Of a DNA stretch of 64,000 nt, positions 35,110 through 46,358 are shown piece after piece. The position numbers were made by a program, and so were the translations under genes. How positions within the stretch are numbered: the first letter of the stretch is position 1; each line of letters begins with the position of its first letter. This stretch comes from Psammoneis japonica (Eukaryota), in the NCBI GenBank assembly GCA_008632985.1, contig QPGO01000037.1, positions 1 to 64,000 on the forward strand, written 5' to 3'. Under the pieces are notes generated by a model, which saw only the letters and a program-made list of their open reading frames with translations, was not told the origin of the DNA and searched no databases.

Positions 35110-38100
35110 CTACTCTCTGTTTTCTTCATCTCGAGATGAAAAGCAACAAAAAAGTAATTTCAGCGTTTCGCCCGTGGTTCGTGGTTGGTATTCCTCGATC
35201 CGATCCACATTATAACTCGTCGGGGGATCCTTGTTGTCATTTTTTGACAGTGGTTCTGCACTAGCTGGGTCACCAACCCATTGACGTGGAATTCCCGTGG
35301 CTGTCGCATACCCTTCTCGCCCGTAGAGCGTGCGGACCGATGACCGAATGCCCGCAGAAGACAGTGTCGTATCCGCTTGATTATGATCAATGACAATCGG
35401 AGGTGACACTTCTTGTTCCACGCTGACGTTTTCAAAGTAGCGACTTTCGGAAACCAGCGACACATTGACGGGAGTAGAAGGACTTGCCGGTGCGCCACTG
35501 ATCCAAACGTTCTCCATGCCTTCTACGAGATTTGAAGCTGCCGGTGCCGGAGGGCTTTTGTACTTCATTACGGTCGCCGAAGAAGCCTCTATATCTTGTT
35601 GGCGTCGTTTCTCCAATTTTTGCTGTCGTTGCTCAAACTGAGCTGCGGTGATCGCGGCATCCACCTTGTTGTAGCCGTTCTCTTCCAGATACTTTGCAAG
35701 CAAGAGCTGACCGCCCAATAGGGTGTTCGGAGAAATGCCCTCTGCCCCCTCTAAGCTTCTGCCGCCGTCATCATTTGGAATGCGAAGCTTTTCAATACGA
35801 TTCTTGATGTCCCGAAAGTTGTCGACGTCCTCCTCTTCATGATGTGTGAGTGCGGGAAATGTGGCGGGTAAAGACTGACATCGTTTGTGACGCATTTGTC
35901 TGTCGTTGTTTTCCTTATTGACCAAAGCATCTATACTAAATAAGGATATCAACTCGTCTTCGGCACAACAACTCTCACCAGTAGAACTGCTAACATTCGG
36001 TTCATCCGTGTAAGGCAAATCAAGGTGTCCCAAGCCAGGACTAGCTCCATGGTGTGTCTTGTCAAGACTATCTTCACTGTCTGAATGTGGCTTAATCAAA
36101 TCGCTCCCATACTCTGAATCCTCTGTATCAGAGCTTGTTCCGTGACGAATCCTGTCCAAGGATGACGCACGACTTCTGGCAGCGTCCCTGTCTGTCTCAG
36201 TTTCGTCATTTTCGTTGGTTTTCTTTTTAGTTTGCTCAAGAGAGCTCAAAAATGTAGCAACAGTTTCGTCCAAGTCTTCTAGACCATGCCCATGATTGGT
36301 GCGGTCCAGTGAGGATGTCCGGTCCCGCTGAATGAAACAATCCGAGCTTGAGGAGGATGAAGGGCGCATACTCTCTCCCAAACTATGCGAGCACGACCCT
36401 TTCGATTGAAGCTTATGAATTGTACTTTTTTCAGAAGCGAGTGCGGAGGAGACGCTGTCGAGGCTTTGTATACGTCTCATCATTGCTCGTGACTCTCTTT
36501 CGTTATCAAGACAGAAGGATCTAGAGAGCCCTGTGGCATCCATAGGCGTTCCCGTTTCTCCAGGAGTTGTTTTTTCCTCAGCGGACGAAGGAAAGCTCCA
36601 AGAACGTGCAACAGAGCCTACCGGTGACGGATCACTCATTGTCGATCTCGAACTGTGGATGTGTGGAACTCTAGGGACTCGTTTTCCTCCTAGCAGTCCG
36701 GTTTTGGTAAGTAAATCTAACGTGCTTTCGCAAGACGCCATTTCATCTTCTTGATTCAGGGATCTGCTTCCTGTACCACTGATAGCGCCTTTAGCCATAC
36801 TGTCATTACGATATTGTCGTAGCATAACAACGTCATCAGTGAAAGATGAATAGTGTGGAAGTGGCTGAGGTGACCTGCGGTAATCCTTGAGTGCTTCTAA
36901 GTCGTCGCCAAATGATGGTGTGGCCGGCAAGGAAGGATACGTGATTTGATTACGACTTGATTCGGCGCCCTCGTCTGATTCAGAAAACGCCGCGTTGTCC
37001 TCGTTAATTGCACTTGACGAATGACTAGTCTCTTGTACTGGAGGAGATTCACATTCCTTCAAGACTCGATCCACAAAACTCCGATTAGCACACTCTTGGT
37101 TGTCCGTGCTATTCTCTGTGTCAAGATATATTTTGGAAATAGAGGATTCGTCCATCGTTAGTCTTTGCTGAACAAGGTCGTCCGACCAGTACTCTTGAGC
37201 GTCGAAACTTGATTCATTCGTGGTATGTTGTCGTCGTTCATCAGTGGTAAGTTTCAACAAAGAACCTTTCGTTTCTATAGATTCCAGTTGCTGTGAAGGC
37301 AAATCTTCCATGCAAACATGAGCGTCATTTGCGTCAGACCCGTTCAACGGCACTTCTTGGGTAGAATTTCGCTTTGACTCTACGGTGGAATCTTTGATGC
37401 CTATCCTTCCTTCATCATCTGAAGTCTCGACATTGATGTCATCGCTGGGCATACCGGTAGCATCAGTTTGAGTTGCATTCAACTCTAGCTCCGTACGCGA
37501 AGTCAGATCCACTGTTGACGCCCGGTCAGCAGTGTGTTTCTCCTTAGAGCAATGAGAATCATACGACCCACTCGTTGTGAGTGTTGACCGTTCGAACGAA
37601 AAGGCGCGATCGTCACCAGTGCCAGTGGAGGTGCCACTTTGTCCTTTCTCGATACTTCGTCCCATCGACAGATCAGATGATGAACTTCGAAGCGGTGCGA
37701 GGTTTTCAACCGTTGATAGTGTTTCCAAGTCGTCACTAGTGCGTTGGAATGGCACAGAATCTTCTATGACTGAAGATGGGGCTGGTAAAGAAGGAGGCGT
37801 AACTTGATCTCGACGTGATGATTCGGTGCTCTCGTCACGGTGAGACAACGAAGATCTCTCCTCGCCAATTGCACAATTTGTTTCGTCTTCTTTGCACAAA
37901 CTTGAAAAAAAGCCAGTCTCTCCCGATGAAGAAGGTTCGCCATTATTCAAGACTTGATCCACAAAACTCTGACTAGCATACTCTTGGCTGTTCTCCATGC
38001 TATTCTCTGAATCAAGATACACTTCTGAAATTGAGGATTCATCAATCATCAATCTTTGCTGAATAATGTCGTCGGACCAGTATGCTTGAGATTTGAGGCT

Positions 38101-38877
38101 TTCTTCGTTTGTGGTATCTTGTAGTTGCACGTAGGTGGTAAGTTCCAACAACGAATCTGTCCTTTGACTCGATTCCAAATGCTGGGACTCTGTTTCTTCC
38201 CTGCAATCATTGTGGTCGCTCGCTTCACATGCCTTTAATGACACGTCATGTGTGGAATTTCGTTCAGACTCTGCTGACGAATTGTTACAATCAATCTTTT
38301 TCTCGTCAGATGAAGAATCGATATCGAAACCTTCGCTGAGCGTACCAGTAGCATCAGCTGCATCCAACTGTTGCTCTGTACTACAAGTGTCATCCACGGT
38401 TGACGAGCTGTCTTTAGCTTTTTCCTCGTCAGAGTTCTGAAACTCATGAGACCCACTCGTTTTGCGCGTGGATCGGTCCAACGAAAAGGCACGGATATCG
38501 CCAGTGGAGGTGTCACTCATTAGTTGTTTCTCAGGACTTCGCCCCCTCGACGGCCCAAGCGATGAGCTTCGACCCAGTCCAGGTTTTGAAACTTTTAGGA
38601 GCTCCTTGTTGGAACTGCTGCGGGGCGGCAAATTATGATTACAGTGTGTTGTAATCCCAGGAGAAATATCTTCCTTTTCTCTTCTATTTGCTGCGTTTTT
38701 GTTAAACTCTTCACTTGCTTTTGTAGTAGGAGACCGTTCGAGCGAAACGGCACGTCGACCAAAGGCAGCGTTCAATCGGCTTTCAAGGCTACGCCCTCTT
38801 GTTGCTTGATCGGCCGAATTGCTTCGCCGAATCTGCTGCAGCTCTATCTTTATTCTCTCGGATTGTGAAGACGACAT
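35110..38877 (-). CDS. 1255-aa Ser/Glu-rich, probably disordered protein with an internal ~290-aa tandem duplication
   Basis: Long uninterrupted ORF. STGD.RAFS..RST..TSGS...YWSDD..QQRL..DESSIS..YLD.EN occurs twice. C-terminal LLFCCF. Confidence 0.8.
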   Translation of the reverse strand: MSSSQSERIKIELQQIRRSNSADQATRGRSLESRLNAAFGRRAVSLERSPTTKASEEFNKNAANRREKEDISPGITTHCNHNLPPRSSSNKELLKVSKPGLGRSSSLGPSRGRSPEKQLMSDTSTGDIRAFSLDRSTRKTSGSHEFQNSDEEKAKDSSSTVDDTCSTEQQLDAADATGTLSEGFDIDSSSDEKKIDCNNSSAESERNSTHDVSLKACEASDHNDCREETESQHLESSQRTDSLLELTTYVQLQDTTNEESLKSQAYWSDDIIQQRLMIDESSISEVYLDSENSMENSQEYASQSFVDQVLNNGEPSSSGETGFFSSLCKEDETNCAIGEERSSLSHRDESTESSRRDQVTPPSLPAPSSVIEDSVPFQRTSDDLETLSTVENLAPLRSSSSDLSMGRSIEKGQSGTSTGTGDDRAFSFERSTLTTSGSYDSHCSKEKHTADRASTVDLTSRTELELNATQTDATGMPSDDINVETSDDEGRIGIKDSTVESKRNSTQEVPLNGSDANDAHVCMEDLPSQQLESIETKGSLLKLTTDERRQHTTNESSFDAQEYWSDDLVQQRLTMDESSISKIYLDTENSTDNQECANRSFVDRVLKECESPPVQETSHSSSAINEDNAAFSESDEGAESSRNQITYPSLPATPSFGDDLEALKDYRRSPQPLPHYSSFTDDVVMLRQYRNDSMAKGAISGTGSRSLNQEDEMASCESTLDLLTKTGLLGGKRVPRVPHIHSSRSTMSDPSPVGSVARSWSFPSSAEEKTTPGETGTPMDATGLSRSFCLDNERESRAMMRRIQSLDSVSSALASEKSTIHKLQSKGSCSHSLGESMRPSSSSSSDCFIQRDRTSSLDRTNHGHGLEDLDETVATFLSSLEQTKKKTNENDETETDRDAARSRASSLDRIRHGTSSDTEDSEYGSDLIKPHSDSEDSLDKTHHGASPGLGHLDLPYTDEPNVSSSTGESCCAEDELISLFSIDALVNKENNDRQMRHKRCQSLPATFPALTHHEEEDVDNFRDIKNRIEKLRIPNDDGGRSLEGAEGISPNTLLGGQLLLAKYLEENGYNKVDAAITAAQFEQRQQKLEKRRQQDIEASSATVMKYKSPPAPAASNLVEGMENVWISGAPASPSTPVNVSLVSESRYFENVSVEQEVSPPIVIDHNQADTTLSSAGIRSSVRTLYGREGYATATGIPRQWVGDPASAEPLSKNDNKDPPTSYNVDRIEEYQPRTTGETLKLLFCCFSSRDEENRE

Positions 38878-39529
38878 GTTGTGACTTGTGATGTGACGCT
38901 ATCTAAATCGCCATGTTGATGACGCGGCACTGGTTTCATGCCGTTCCACTTTTTGAATTTTTCTTCGGATTTCCAAAATATTCGTGAACATATACGCAGA
39001 GACATTTCTTCATATTAAAAATATTCAAGCGTTAATACGCTATAATTTGCATGCTGCCCGTATTCGGGATGCCGATGGACCTTTTTCAAGACCTCGTGAC
39101 CTCGTCGTCGAGAAAGATCTCCAAATCCAAACATCTCACATCTCACACATCACACACCAACTGCTACCGGTATTTAATAACTGCTACAGTACTCCAGTAG
39201 TTGCGTGCTCAATGCAAAACTAAACCACCTCGATAAGGAGTCTTTCCTGCCTTCTACACAAGGATTCAGTCCAAGGAATGATGGCGTATTGTACATTTTT
39301 CTAAAACACGTCTACATGTTACAGTTCGCAGAGACGAAAACGCGAACACGCGTTGTACTCTCGAATCGGAAACCACCACCATACATGGAACGTACGGACA
39401 GTAGCAGTCACCAAATATATCTCCAGCTCTTTCTTGTGATATAGTCTATGAGAATCGCATTGGTTGGTGAATGAAAAAGGGTACCAAACTGCTCAAGCTA
39501 CCGTGGTAAAGCTCTCTCCAACATTGTTA

Positions 39530-40828
39530 CTATCGGAACAAGGCAGCCAACTCGTCGTCTTCCTCTTGCGTAGACGAAAAGAAAAGATGAGAAGACTTGA
39601 GCTTGCGCTTCTTGAGGGGTCTCCTAGGTTCCTCCTCCGCAAGAGGGCCAACATCATCAAGAGGTTCGTCCGCAAGAAGACCAACATCATCTAGTGGTTC
39701 AGAAACTTCAAAAGAAGATTCACAAATAGTGGCTTGATCATGTTCTCGCATCATATCGCGCAGTCCTTGTGTTGCTTTCTTGGCGGCCCTACGATCGCCA
39801 ATATCGACCCACGCCTCGGTCTTGGGGTCTTTTCGAAGAAACCGACCGTTTCGGTCCCGAACCCGGGCCACGAGGTTTTGGACGATTTGCTTGCGATCCT
39901 TCGCATCCGCTTGTTCATATGCCTCCACCGTGTCGAGGAGGCTCAATCGCCACTCCACATTGCCGCGGTGACGCATAGCCTTTTTTCCTCGTCCCATGAT
40001 AACATCGTTTTCTTGAGGATCTTTAGACGCATCCTCTTTGGAGATCGGTGGTTGCGACACTAGAGGTGAAGGGGAGGGGTGATTGTCTTCTGGAGGTGGT
40101 GTATCCGGAAGAGGAATCGACAAGTTTTGTTGAGCAATGAGTTGGGCGTACACGTTGCTTGTTTGGGACGGCTCTGGATTGGGAGAAATGACATTCACCA
40201 GTCGGGAGCCCGTTTCCGAGAGCACTTGAACTTTGGGAATACCATATGAGACTGACTCCTTGTTTGCCTTGATAGCGTTTTCTACCAATCTGAAATCGTC
40301 ATGTAGTAGCGCGACGTCTGCATGTCGAACACGAGGTGAGACGAAACGTGTAAGGTCGCTGTTGCAGTTGTACTTAAACATACAATTCTCTAAACGAAAT
40401 CGCTGCCACTTACACATGCGTCGTTCCCACTCTTCCCACGGTCCATCCGAAAAGCTCGGTGGAACAAGAAGATCCTCCAGAGCTTTCAACTCAAGCATCA
40501 GATCGGAAAGTGCCTTGTACAGCATTCGTCTGCTTACGTTGCGTCCCATACGAATAGCCGACGCGACAAGGCCATTGGGAAGATCCCTGAGCTGATTCTT
40601 GTCCTTGTAGTACGTTGCTTGCATGTCTTCGTGGGTATACGCCAATGGTGGATGCCAGCCCAAAGGATGCTGAGATTCGGGAAGAACAACGACTGGCTGC
40701 TTTGGATTGACCGGTCGTGGAGCAACCATGGGGTTTGCTTCAAACAGATTCGCCAGTTCGCTGGCGTCAAACGTGGGTGGCATCCTCACGAACGCTGGGT
40801 AAGTGTTTGGAGGCATAGAACGCTTCAT
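39530..40828 (-). CDS. DUF6824-type domain protein
   Basis: PQENDVIMGRG...HRGNVEWR...IV...NGRFL...W......A.KKATQGLRD. Confidence 0.85.
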   Translation of the reverse strand: MKRSMPPNTYPAFVRMPPTFDASELANLFEANPMVAPRPVNPKQPVVVLPESQHPLGWHPPLAYTHEDMQATYYKDKNQLRDLPNGLVASAIRMGRNVSRRMLYKALSDLMLELKALEDLLVPPSFSDGPWEEWERRMCKWQRFRLENCMFKYNCNSDLTRFVSPRVRHADVALLHDDFRLVENAIKANKESVSYGIPKVQVLSETGSRLVNVISPNPEPSQTSNVYAQLIAQQNLSIPLPDTPPPEDNHPSPSPLVSQPPISKEDASKDPQENDVIMGRGKKAMRHRGNVEWRLSLLDTVEAYEQADAKDRKQIVQNLVARVRDRNGRFLRKDPKTEAWVDIGDRRAAKKATQGLRDMMREHDQATICESSFEVSEPLDDVGLLADEPLDDVGPLAEEEPRRPLKKRKLKSSHLFFSSTQEEDDELAALFR

Positions 40829-41406
40829 GGTTGAGAGTGTATTGTGTTATGTTGCTCAAATTGTGTGCTTCTTGTGTGCGGACTGAGCTGGGAAAGTGAA
40901 GAGATCGCGTTGAGTTTGGAATTGAAGGCTGCCGGGCGGCCGCTCGGTGGCTGGCAGCAGATGCGCGTGACGTTGCACTTGCCAGTCACACTTTGATTTG
41001 ATTGGTTGTCGGGGTTCTCGTCGAAGGTTGCAGTTGACACAAAAGTGGTCGCGCGAGTTTTCGTCTTTAATTGTTTGCTCAGCGGACATTTTTAACCCAG
41101 ACTCAGCGATTTGGTGCGATATTTTTGGTGTCGGTTTCACATGGTTTGCACGTAAAATATTGTACTGGACAGAAGTTCATGGATCGGACAAAGAGAGAAG
41201 AACACGATTAAACTCTTTTGGTGCGATCGTGACGTGCCGTCGATCCGTACGAAATCACGTAGAAACTCGTGTAGAAGAATCGAAAGGAAGGAAACGTCAG
41301 CCATCCAAGATGATTGCGAGAAAAATAGACAAAGATCGCGACCCTTTCCACGCTCCTCACAAAAAACAGAATCGCATCCGTAGAACCAAAAGTACCGTTT
41401 GGAACC

Positions 41407-42360
41407 ATGAAGGTCCCTTGCGCTTTCGACGGCTCTCTCCTTGTCAATCACACGACGCAGCTTGGTTGGTACCCTCCGCTTCAGTGGACCATGGAGGATG
41501 CCATCGCGGAAGAAGTCTTTGAGAAGAACGGTGAGAAACTGCCGATTGGCTTCTTTGTTTCTGCGATTGAACTCGGTCGTGAGTTAAACAAGGGCACTCT
41601 TGAACGTGCTCGTAACGACATCTGTGCCGAGCTTCAAACCGTCGACGTCCTCTTGTTGTCTTCTACCGCCGACCGCAACAAGCAAGCCGAAGGCATCAAG
41701 CACCGCGAGCTCTTGTTTCAAGATCTTGAAGTTGTCTCCAAGGCCCTCGACAAGACGAGTCGCTCTACTACCACTACGGCGACGAGTGAACCAACCGATC
41801 TTGTTTTCGTTGATGGCAGCACCCCGGCTCATACCACACGCAACGAGCAAGATGTCGAGGCAGCTGGAATTCTGATCCAGCTTCAAGCTGAGAGCTCGTT
41901 CCGCAGTGGAATTCCTACCAGTACGCTTACCACGATTGTGGAGCCTCGCGCCACGGACGTTCTATTTGGAAGCTCTCCTACCGCTTTCGAGCATGTGGGT
42001 AACATTGGCTGGAGGGTCCTCGTTGCCGCGAACAAGGCCTTGTACTCGGCTCTCACGAGTCCGAGAGAAAAGACGTTGCTCGCACAAAGCATTGTCCAAG
42101 CCGTCAAGAACCAGAATCCGCCCGGTCGCTTCTTGGAAAAGGATCCCAGGGGTCTTTGGATCGAAGTTGATATGCAACGGGCAATCGACAAGACCTCTCA
42201 AGCTCTAAGAGATGCTCCACCGTCACTTGCTCCGACCCATCACGTTGTGGCTCGGCAGCGGCGCACTACTACCGCCGCTTCTTCTTCGCGTAGACCTCTT
42301 GTGGAACGCAATACTGGGTTCTACCGGAATGTCAACACGAGTGCCGCTCGGGTCATGTAA
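41407..42360 (+). CDS. DUF6824-type domain protein, paralog of the divergent neighbour
   Basis: PRATDVLFGS...HVGNIGWR...SIV......PPGRFL...W......AIDKTSQALRD. Confidence 0.85.
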   Translation: MKVPCAFDGSLLVNHTTQLGWYPPLQWTMEDAIAEEVFEKNGEKLPIGFFVSAIELGRELNKGTLERARNDICAELQTVDVLLLSSTADRNKQAEGIKHRELLFQDLEVVSKALDKTSRSTTTTATSEPTDLVFVDGSTPAHTTRNEQDVEAAGILIQLQAESSFRSGIPTSTLTTIVEPRATDVLFGSSPTAFEHVGNIGWRVLVAANKALYSALTSPREKTLLAQSIVQAVKNQNPPGRFLEKDPRGLWIEVDMQRAIDKTSQALRDAPPSLAPTHHVVARQRRTTTAASSSRRPLVERNTGFYRNVNTSAARVM

Positions 42361-42393
42361 AAAGACCCAAGGCGTCCTTGTGGGGGGGGGGGG

Positions 42394-42488
42394 NNNNNNN
42401 NNNNNNNNNNNNNNNNNNNNNNNNNNNNNNNNNNNNNNNNNNNNNNNNNNNNNNNNNNNNNNNNNNNNNNNNNNNNNNNNNNNNNNNN
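42394..42488. other. Assembly gap (95 N) preceded by a poly-G run
   Basis: Run of N in the sequence. Confidence 0.99.
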
Positions 42489-42869
42489 ACGAGCAAATTA
42501 TGAACACGTGTAGTTGTAAAATGCATATAGAGGGGTTATTAGAAACGAGTGGCAGAGAACTCCTTCCATCTACCGTAGCTACCAATGTATGAAGGGAATC
42601 CGACCTCTAGAGGCGTGACGAGCACAAGACTTGTTCACAGAGGAAGCGCCAGCATGGCTCTTTCTTTCTCAAGTGAGGAAACTTTTCTAGAATACTTAAA
42701 AGAACAGATCCATTAAATTGGATTACACGAACACACAATGAAGAGAAGGTGTTGTGTTTCCAGAATTAAGGCAAAATGGCTTTTAGAGAGAAACATAGAA
42801 TCTATAAGTTATGAAGGTTAAACCCCAATAATGAATCTTGAAGAGCGGACGTCCATTGTATACGTGGAT

Positions 42870-43544
42870 TCATCTGGAATGCTGTGACGCCGAGATGGAT
42901 TCCAGTATTTCTTCTTGAAACTTACGCATCTCTTCCAGTTGCATCCTTCGTACCTCCTTTTCTTCTGACGTCTTGACGATTTTTTTCTGCTTCTTGTTTT
43001 TCCATGCTTGAGCTGCTGGAGCTTGAAGTTTACCGGAAGCAACCAGTCGATCCAGCAAGGCCGAATCGTCTTCTTCACGCATCGCGCGTTGCTGTTCCTT
43101 CTTTTTCTTTTCTTCAAACATGGGTAGTTGGTCCTTCCAAGCCTGAGCGGGAATGGGCGATATTTTCCCGTCAGCCACCAAGCGATCCAAGAGTTCTAGC
43201 TGGGCAGCAGTGCTGGCCTTGTTGTGATAACTTTGTCTTGAGGATGGGCAAACTTTGGTTTCCCGAGGGCGTACTTCGGCGGACAGTATGCGGTTAATCT
43301 GTGGTCTGACTGAAGCGCACATCTCGCATACCAATTTCATTGGGTTTTCGTTCATATAAGTACACGCAGCACATTGCCACGCTTCGTTGTTGTCGTTACA
43401 GGACGAGGAATACAACATCGTGTTATTTCGGACGGCGATATTTTTGTCGGAGGGAAGTTTTTTGTGACCCGACAAAAATGGAAGCGGGACGGCTCGCTCG
43501 GGTTTTGATGGCGGGAAAGTCTGTCGTCTTGACAATTTTGTCAT
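42870..43544 (-). CDS. RanBP2-type zinc finger protein
   Basis: WQCAACTYMN......CEMC; two copies of LLDRLVAxGKxxxxxAQAWK. Confidence 0.7.
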   Translation of the reverse strand: MTKLSRRQTFPPSKPERAVPLPFLSGHKKLPSDKNIAVRNNTMLYSSSCNDNNEAWQCAACTYMNENPMKLVCEMCASVRPQINRILSAEVRPRETKVCPSSRQSYHNKASTAAQLELLDRLVADGKISPIPAQAWKDQLPMFEEKKKKEQQRAMREEDDSALLDRLVASGKLQAPAAQAWKNKKQKKIVKTSEEKEVRRMQLEEMRKFQEEILESISASQHSR

Positions 43545-43808
43545 ATTGATGGGACACTTATTGATCGCGGGTTTTTACATAAAGATCAAAGACAAGTAAA
43601 CTTTCGCTACTAATTCTACACAATAGCCCCATCGGACAATCGCAACTGTACAACAGAAAGTTCGAGTTCGCAGACCTCGCACCATTTCTCATCCTCACGA
43701 CGCACGATGAGAAATCATGCGAAGTCTGCCAACGCGAAACATCAGGCCACAACAACTCACAAACAACGATCGATTGCACATCCATAGGGCCCTCACCCTA
43801 CACAGAAA

Positions 43809-45331
43809 TCATGGGTGGGTTTCCACCATCGTGATCAGGGGGGCCTGGAACGAATCTTCGGGTTCATCGTCCTGCGGCATTTCGGAGAAAGTATGAGTCG
43901 AACAACCAGTGTGGAAAACAATGCAGCTTCGCACAACAACATGACATACCGGTCCTTCGCCCATGTCTCGTCTTCCTCGACATTGTCTCTTCGACACTAT
44001 CTTGATCTTCGTCCTGGTCCTCCATCTCATCGTTGCTATCTTCCTCCGAGATCTTCTTGGAATGACCCGGATCTTTGAGATCCGGTTGCCACGCACAAGT
44101 GTGGCCTCCCTTGGGATAAAGCCACAGCGCCCACATTTGTATGAACCACGAGGACCTTCCTCGCTCATACTCTCCGAATCGCTATTCCGTGGCGGAGGAT
44201 CGACGTGCTTGAACTCGGGTCGTTTCTTGCAATCATGAGGCTTTTTTCCTTTGGAAGTCTTTTTCGTCTTGGGTTTCCTGCAAAATCTGCACAGATATCC
44301 GAGTTTATTCTTGAGATTCCTCGCTTTCGGGGCCTTCTTGCTTGGACGTTTCTTGGAAGGAGTAGGCTTCTGGCGTTGGCTCATGCTGCCTTTTGGAAGG
44401 AGCACGTTGCTCTGTCCGGTTTCGTCGACTTGAAACGCTTGACGGATCAAACTTGGATTGTTTCGCAGAAACGACATTAACAGCTCTTGCGTGGCACGGG
44501 CGAAAGCGGCATCCTTACCCAGAGTGATCCGGTTGAGATTTGAGCGAGAACAAACAAAAACGGTTTAGAGACATGGAGGAGGAGATACCGTACAGCATTT
44601 CTTCTGCATGTATCGGCAATGGAGCGTCATGGGCTCGGATCATCGCATTGTACCGTACACAAGCAGAGCATGGCGCGGTTAGTCCACGCAGATGGGTACT
44701 CAGTACTCACAGCTTGTTCTTGTTGGAAGGCCACCCAAGCGTTACGAGCATCTTCGTTTGCCAAGTAAGAGCGGACCGCTTCTTCACGGAAGACTCCAGG
44801 GTGCTCTCTCAGCACTTGGTCCAGTGTTTCCATGAGGGAGTCTGCCTCCCCCCCCTCTTCTTCCCCGCTGCCATTGTTGTTTTGGTTCATGTTGCAATGG
44901 CTAAATTCTGCAATTGTGAGCAATTTGGCGTTGAGTAAAGCGTTTGCTACTCTTGAGAGAAGCTGCTGGAAAGGATTTGCTTCAACACCATCATCATGTG
45001 CTTGGCGAGGTGGCGCAGTTGAAGTCTGAATAGCTTCATGAACGAAGTATCCATATGAACATTTGAGGTTTTGAAGGGAATGTGTTGTGGCTTTCAACTC
45101 TCCACAAATTTCGCTCCACGTGCTTCCTCTCTTCGTTGTCGAACGTTGACAGGACGTAAGAGCAAAAGAGAGCTTGTCATTGCATTGCAAGCTTTCATAG
45201 ACTAGCACACAAGAATCTCCGAAGCAAAGCATTGTCGAATGTTGACAGGACGTATGAAGAGCGAAAGAGAGTTTGTCATTGCATTGCAAGCTTTCATAGA
45301 CTAGCACACAAGAATCTCCGAAGCAAAGCAT
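43809..45331 (-). CDS. Hypothetical gene or pseudogene in 2-3 frames with Cys/His knuckle motifs; structure unresolved
   Basis: ORFs 44627-45331 and 43809-44477. YLCRFCRKPK...HDC and YKCGRCG motifs; acidic tail in another frame. Confidence 0.4.
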
Positions 45332-45333
45332 TG
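45136..45333. repeat. Near-identical 96/99-bp tandem duplication
   Basis: Units start ttgtcgaa at 45136 and 45232 and encode MLCFGDSCVLVYESLQCNDKLSFAL twice on the minus strand. Confidence 0.92.
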
Positions 45334-46358
45334 AAATCCTTGCTCACGACGCGGAGCGAGAAAAGATGATTCAGTACAGCGGTTGCTCGGGCGTGGACGT
45401 CGTCTTCTCTCCTCACGTTTAACGCGTTTTGGAGGCGTATGTCGCCGCATCAACCGGAAGAGTGGTAGTTCTGTGAGCTTCTAAGCGGACACTGGGAAGT
45501 GGAATGAGGCCGACTCTATGCATGGGCAACCGGCACGCGATTGGATGGGACATAAAAGCGCACCGTAAGACGAGCGCCGTGCTTACTTCAGGGCTCGCAG
45601 TTGCCCGTGATTCGTATTGTCGCGTGCTTCGAAATATCGCTGTACAATTGCAGTAGGGAGAGCAAAGAAAATTCTAGTCCTAAGTGTGGTTCTTCTTTAT
45701 ATCTGATGTTTGCATTCTCAAGTTTGCGACTTTGAAAGATCGTCGAACAGGCTTGTCTCCTCTTCCTCCACGTCCTCCTCCATGTCGACGTTTCCAAAGT
45801 ACTTGCTTCATAATTTCTATCTGATTTCTATCTGCTTCAACTGTGGAACCTCCTTGGAGAAAGCAAGGGAAAATGCCGGTATGTCTTTCCCAGAGCAAAA
45901 CGTCCATCACAGGGGTACGTTGCAGGATTGACATTGAAGCATCAAGCATGCACGACATCTGTTCATTGGATGAAACACTGGAATGAAAATAGATGTGATG
46001 CCGTGTGGCAAGAACTTTCTTCCGTCACGCAACTCCACGACGATCGCAACTTTTTTGACCGCCAACTTTTCGACGCAACACTCCCATAGTGCTACACAAG
46101 TGATAAAAGACAGGCAATGCCGAAATGCAATTTCTATCGTACTAACATTTAATGTTGCGATCCATTTCCTCGATGACACGCACAATCTTCATTTCCATAC
46201 TTAACACTCATCGTGTGAATCATATTCTGAATGCTGTATGGGCTAGTCTCCACTTACTCGATCACATCGTCGCCCAAGCATGCTCTTGCAATACACACTA
46301 CCTATATCCCGCTTGACACGTACTGCTTCTTTCTTGTTCTTTGCCCCACCAGTAGAAC

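Noticed and set aside
45588..46204. Several short ORFs upstream of the 96/99-bp duplication
   Set aside because: No coherent frame or recognisable family.
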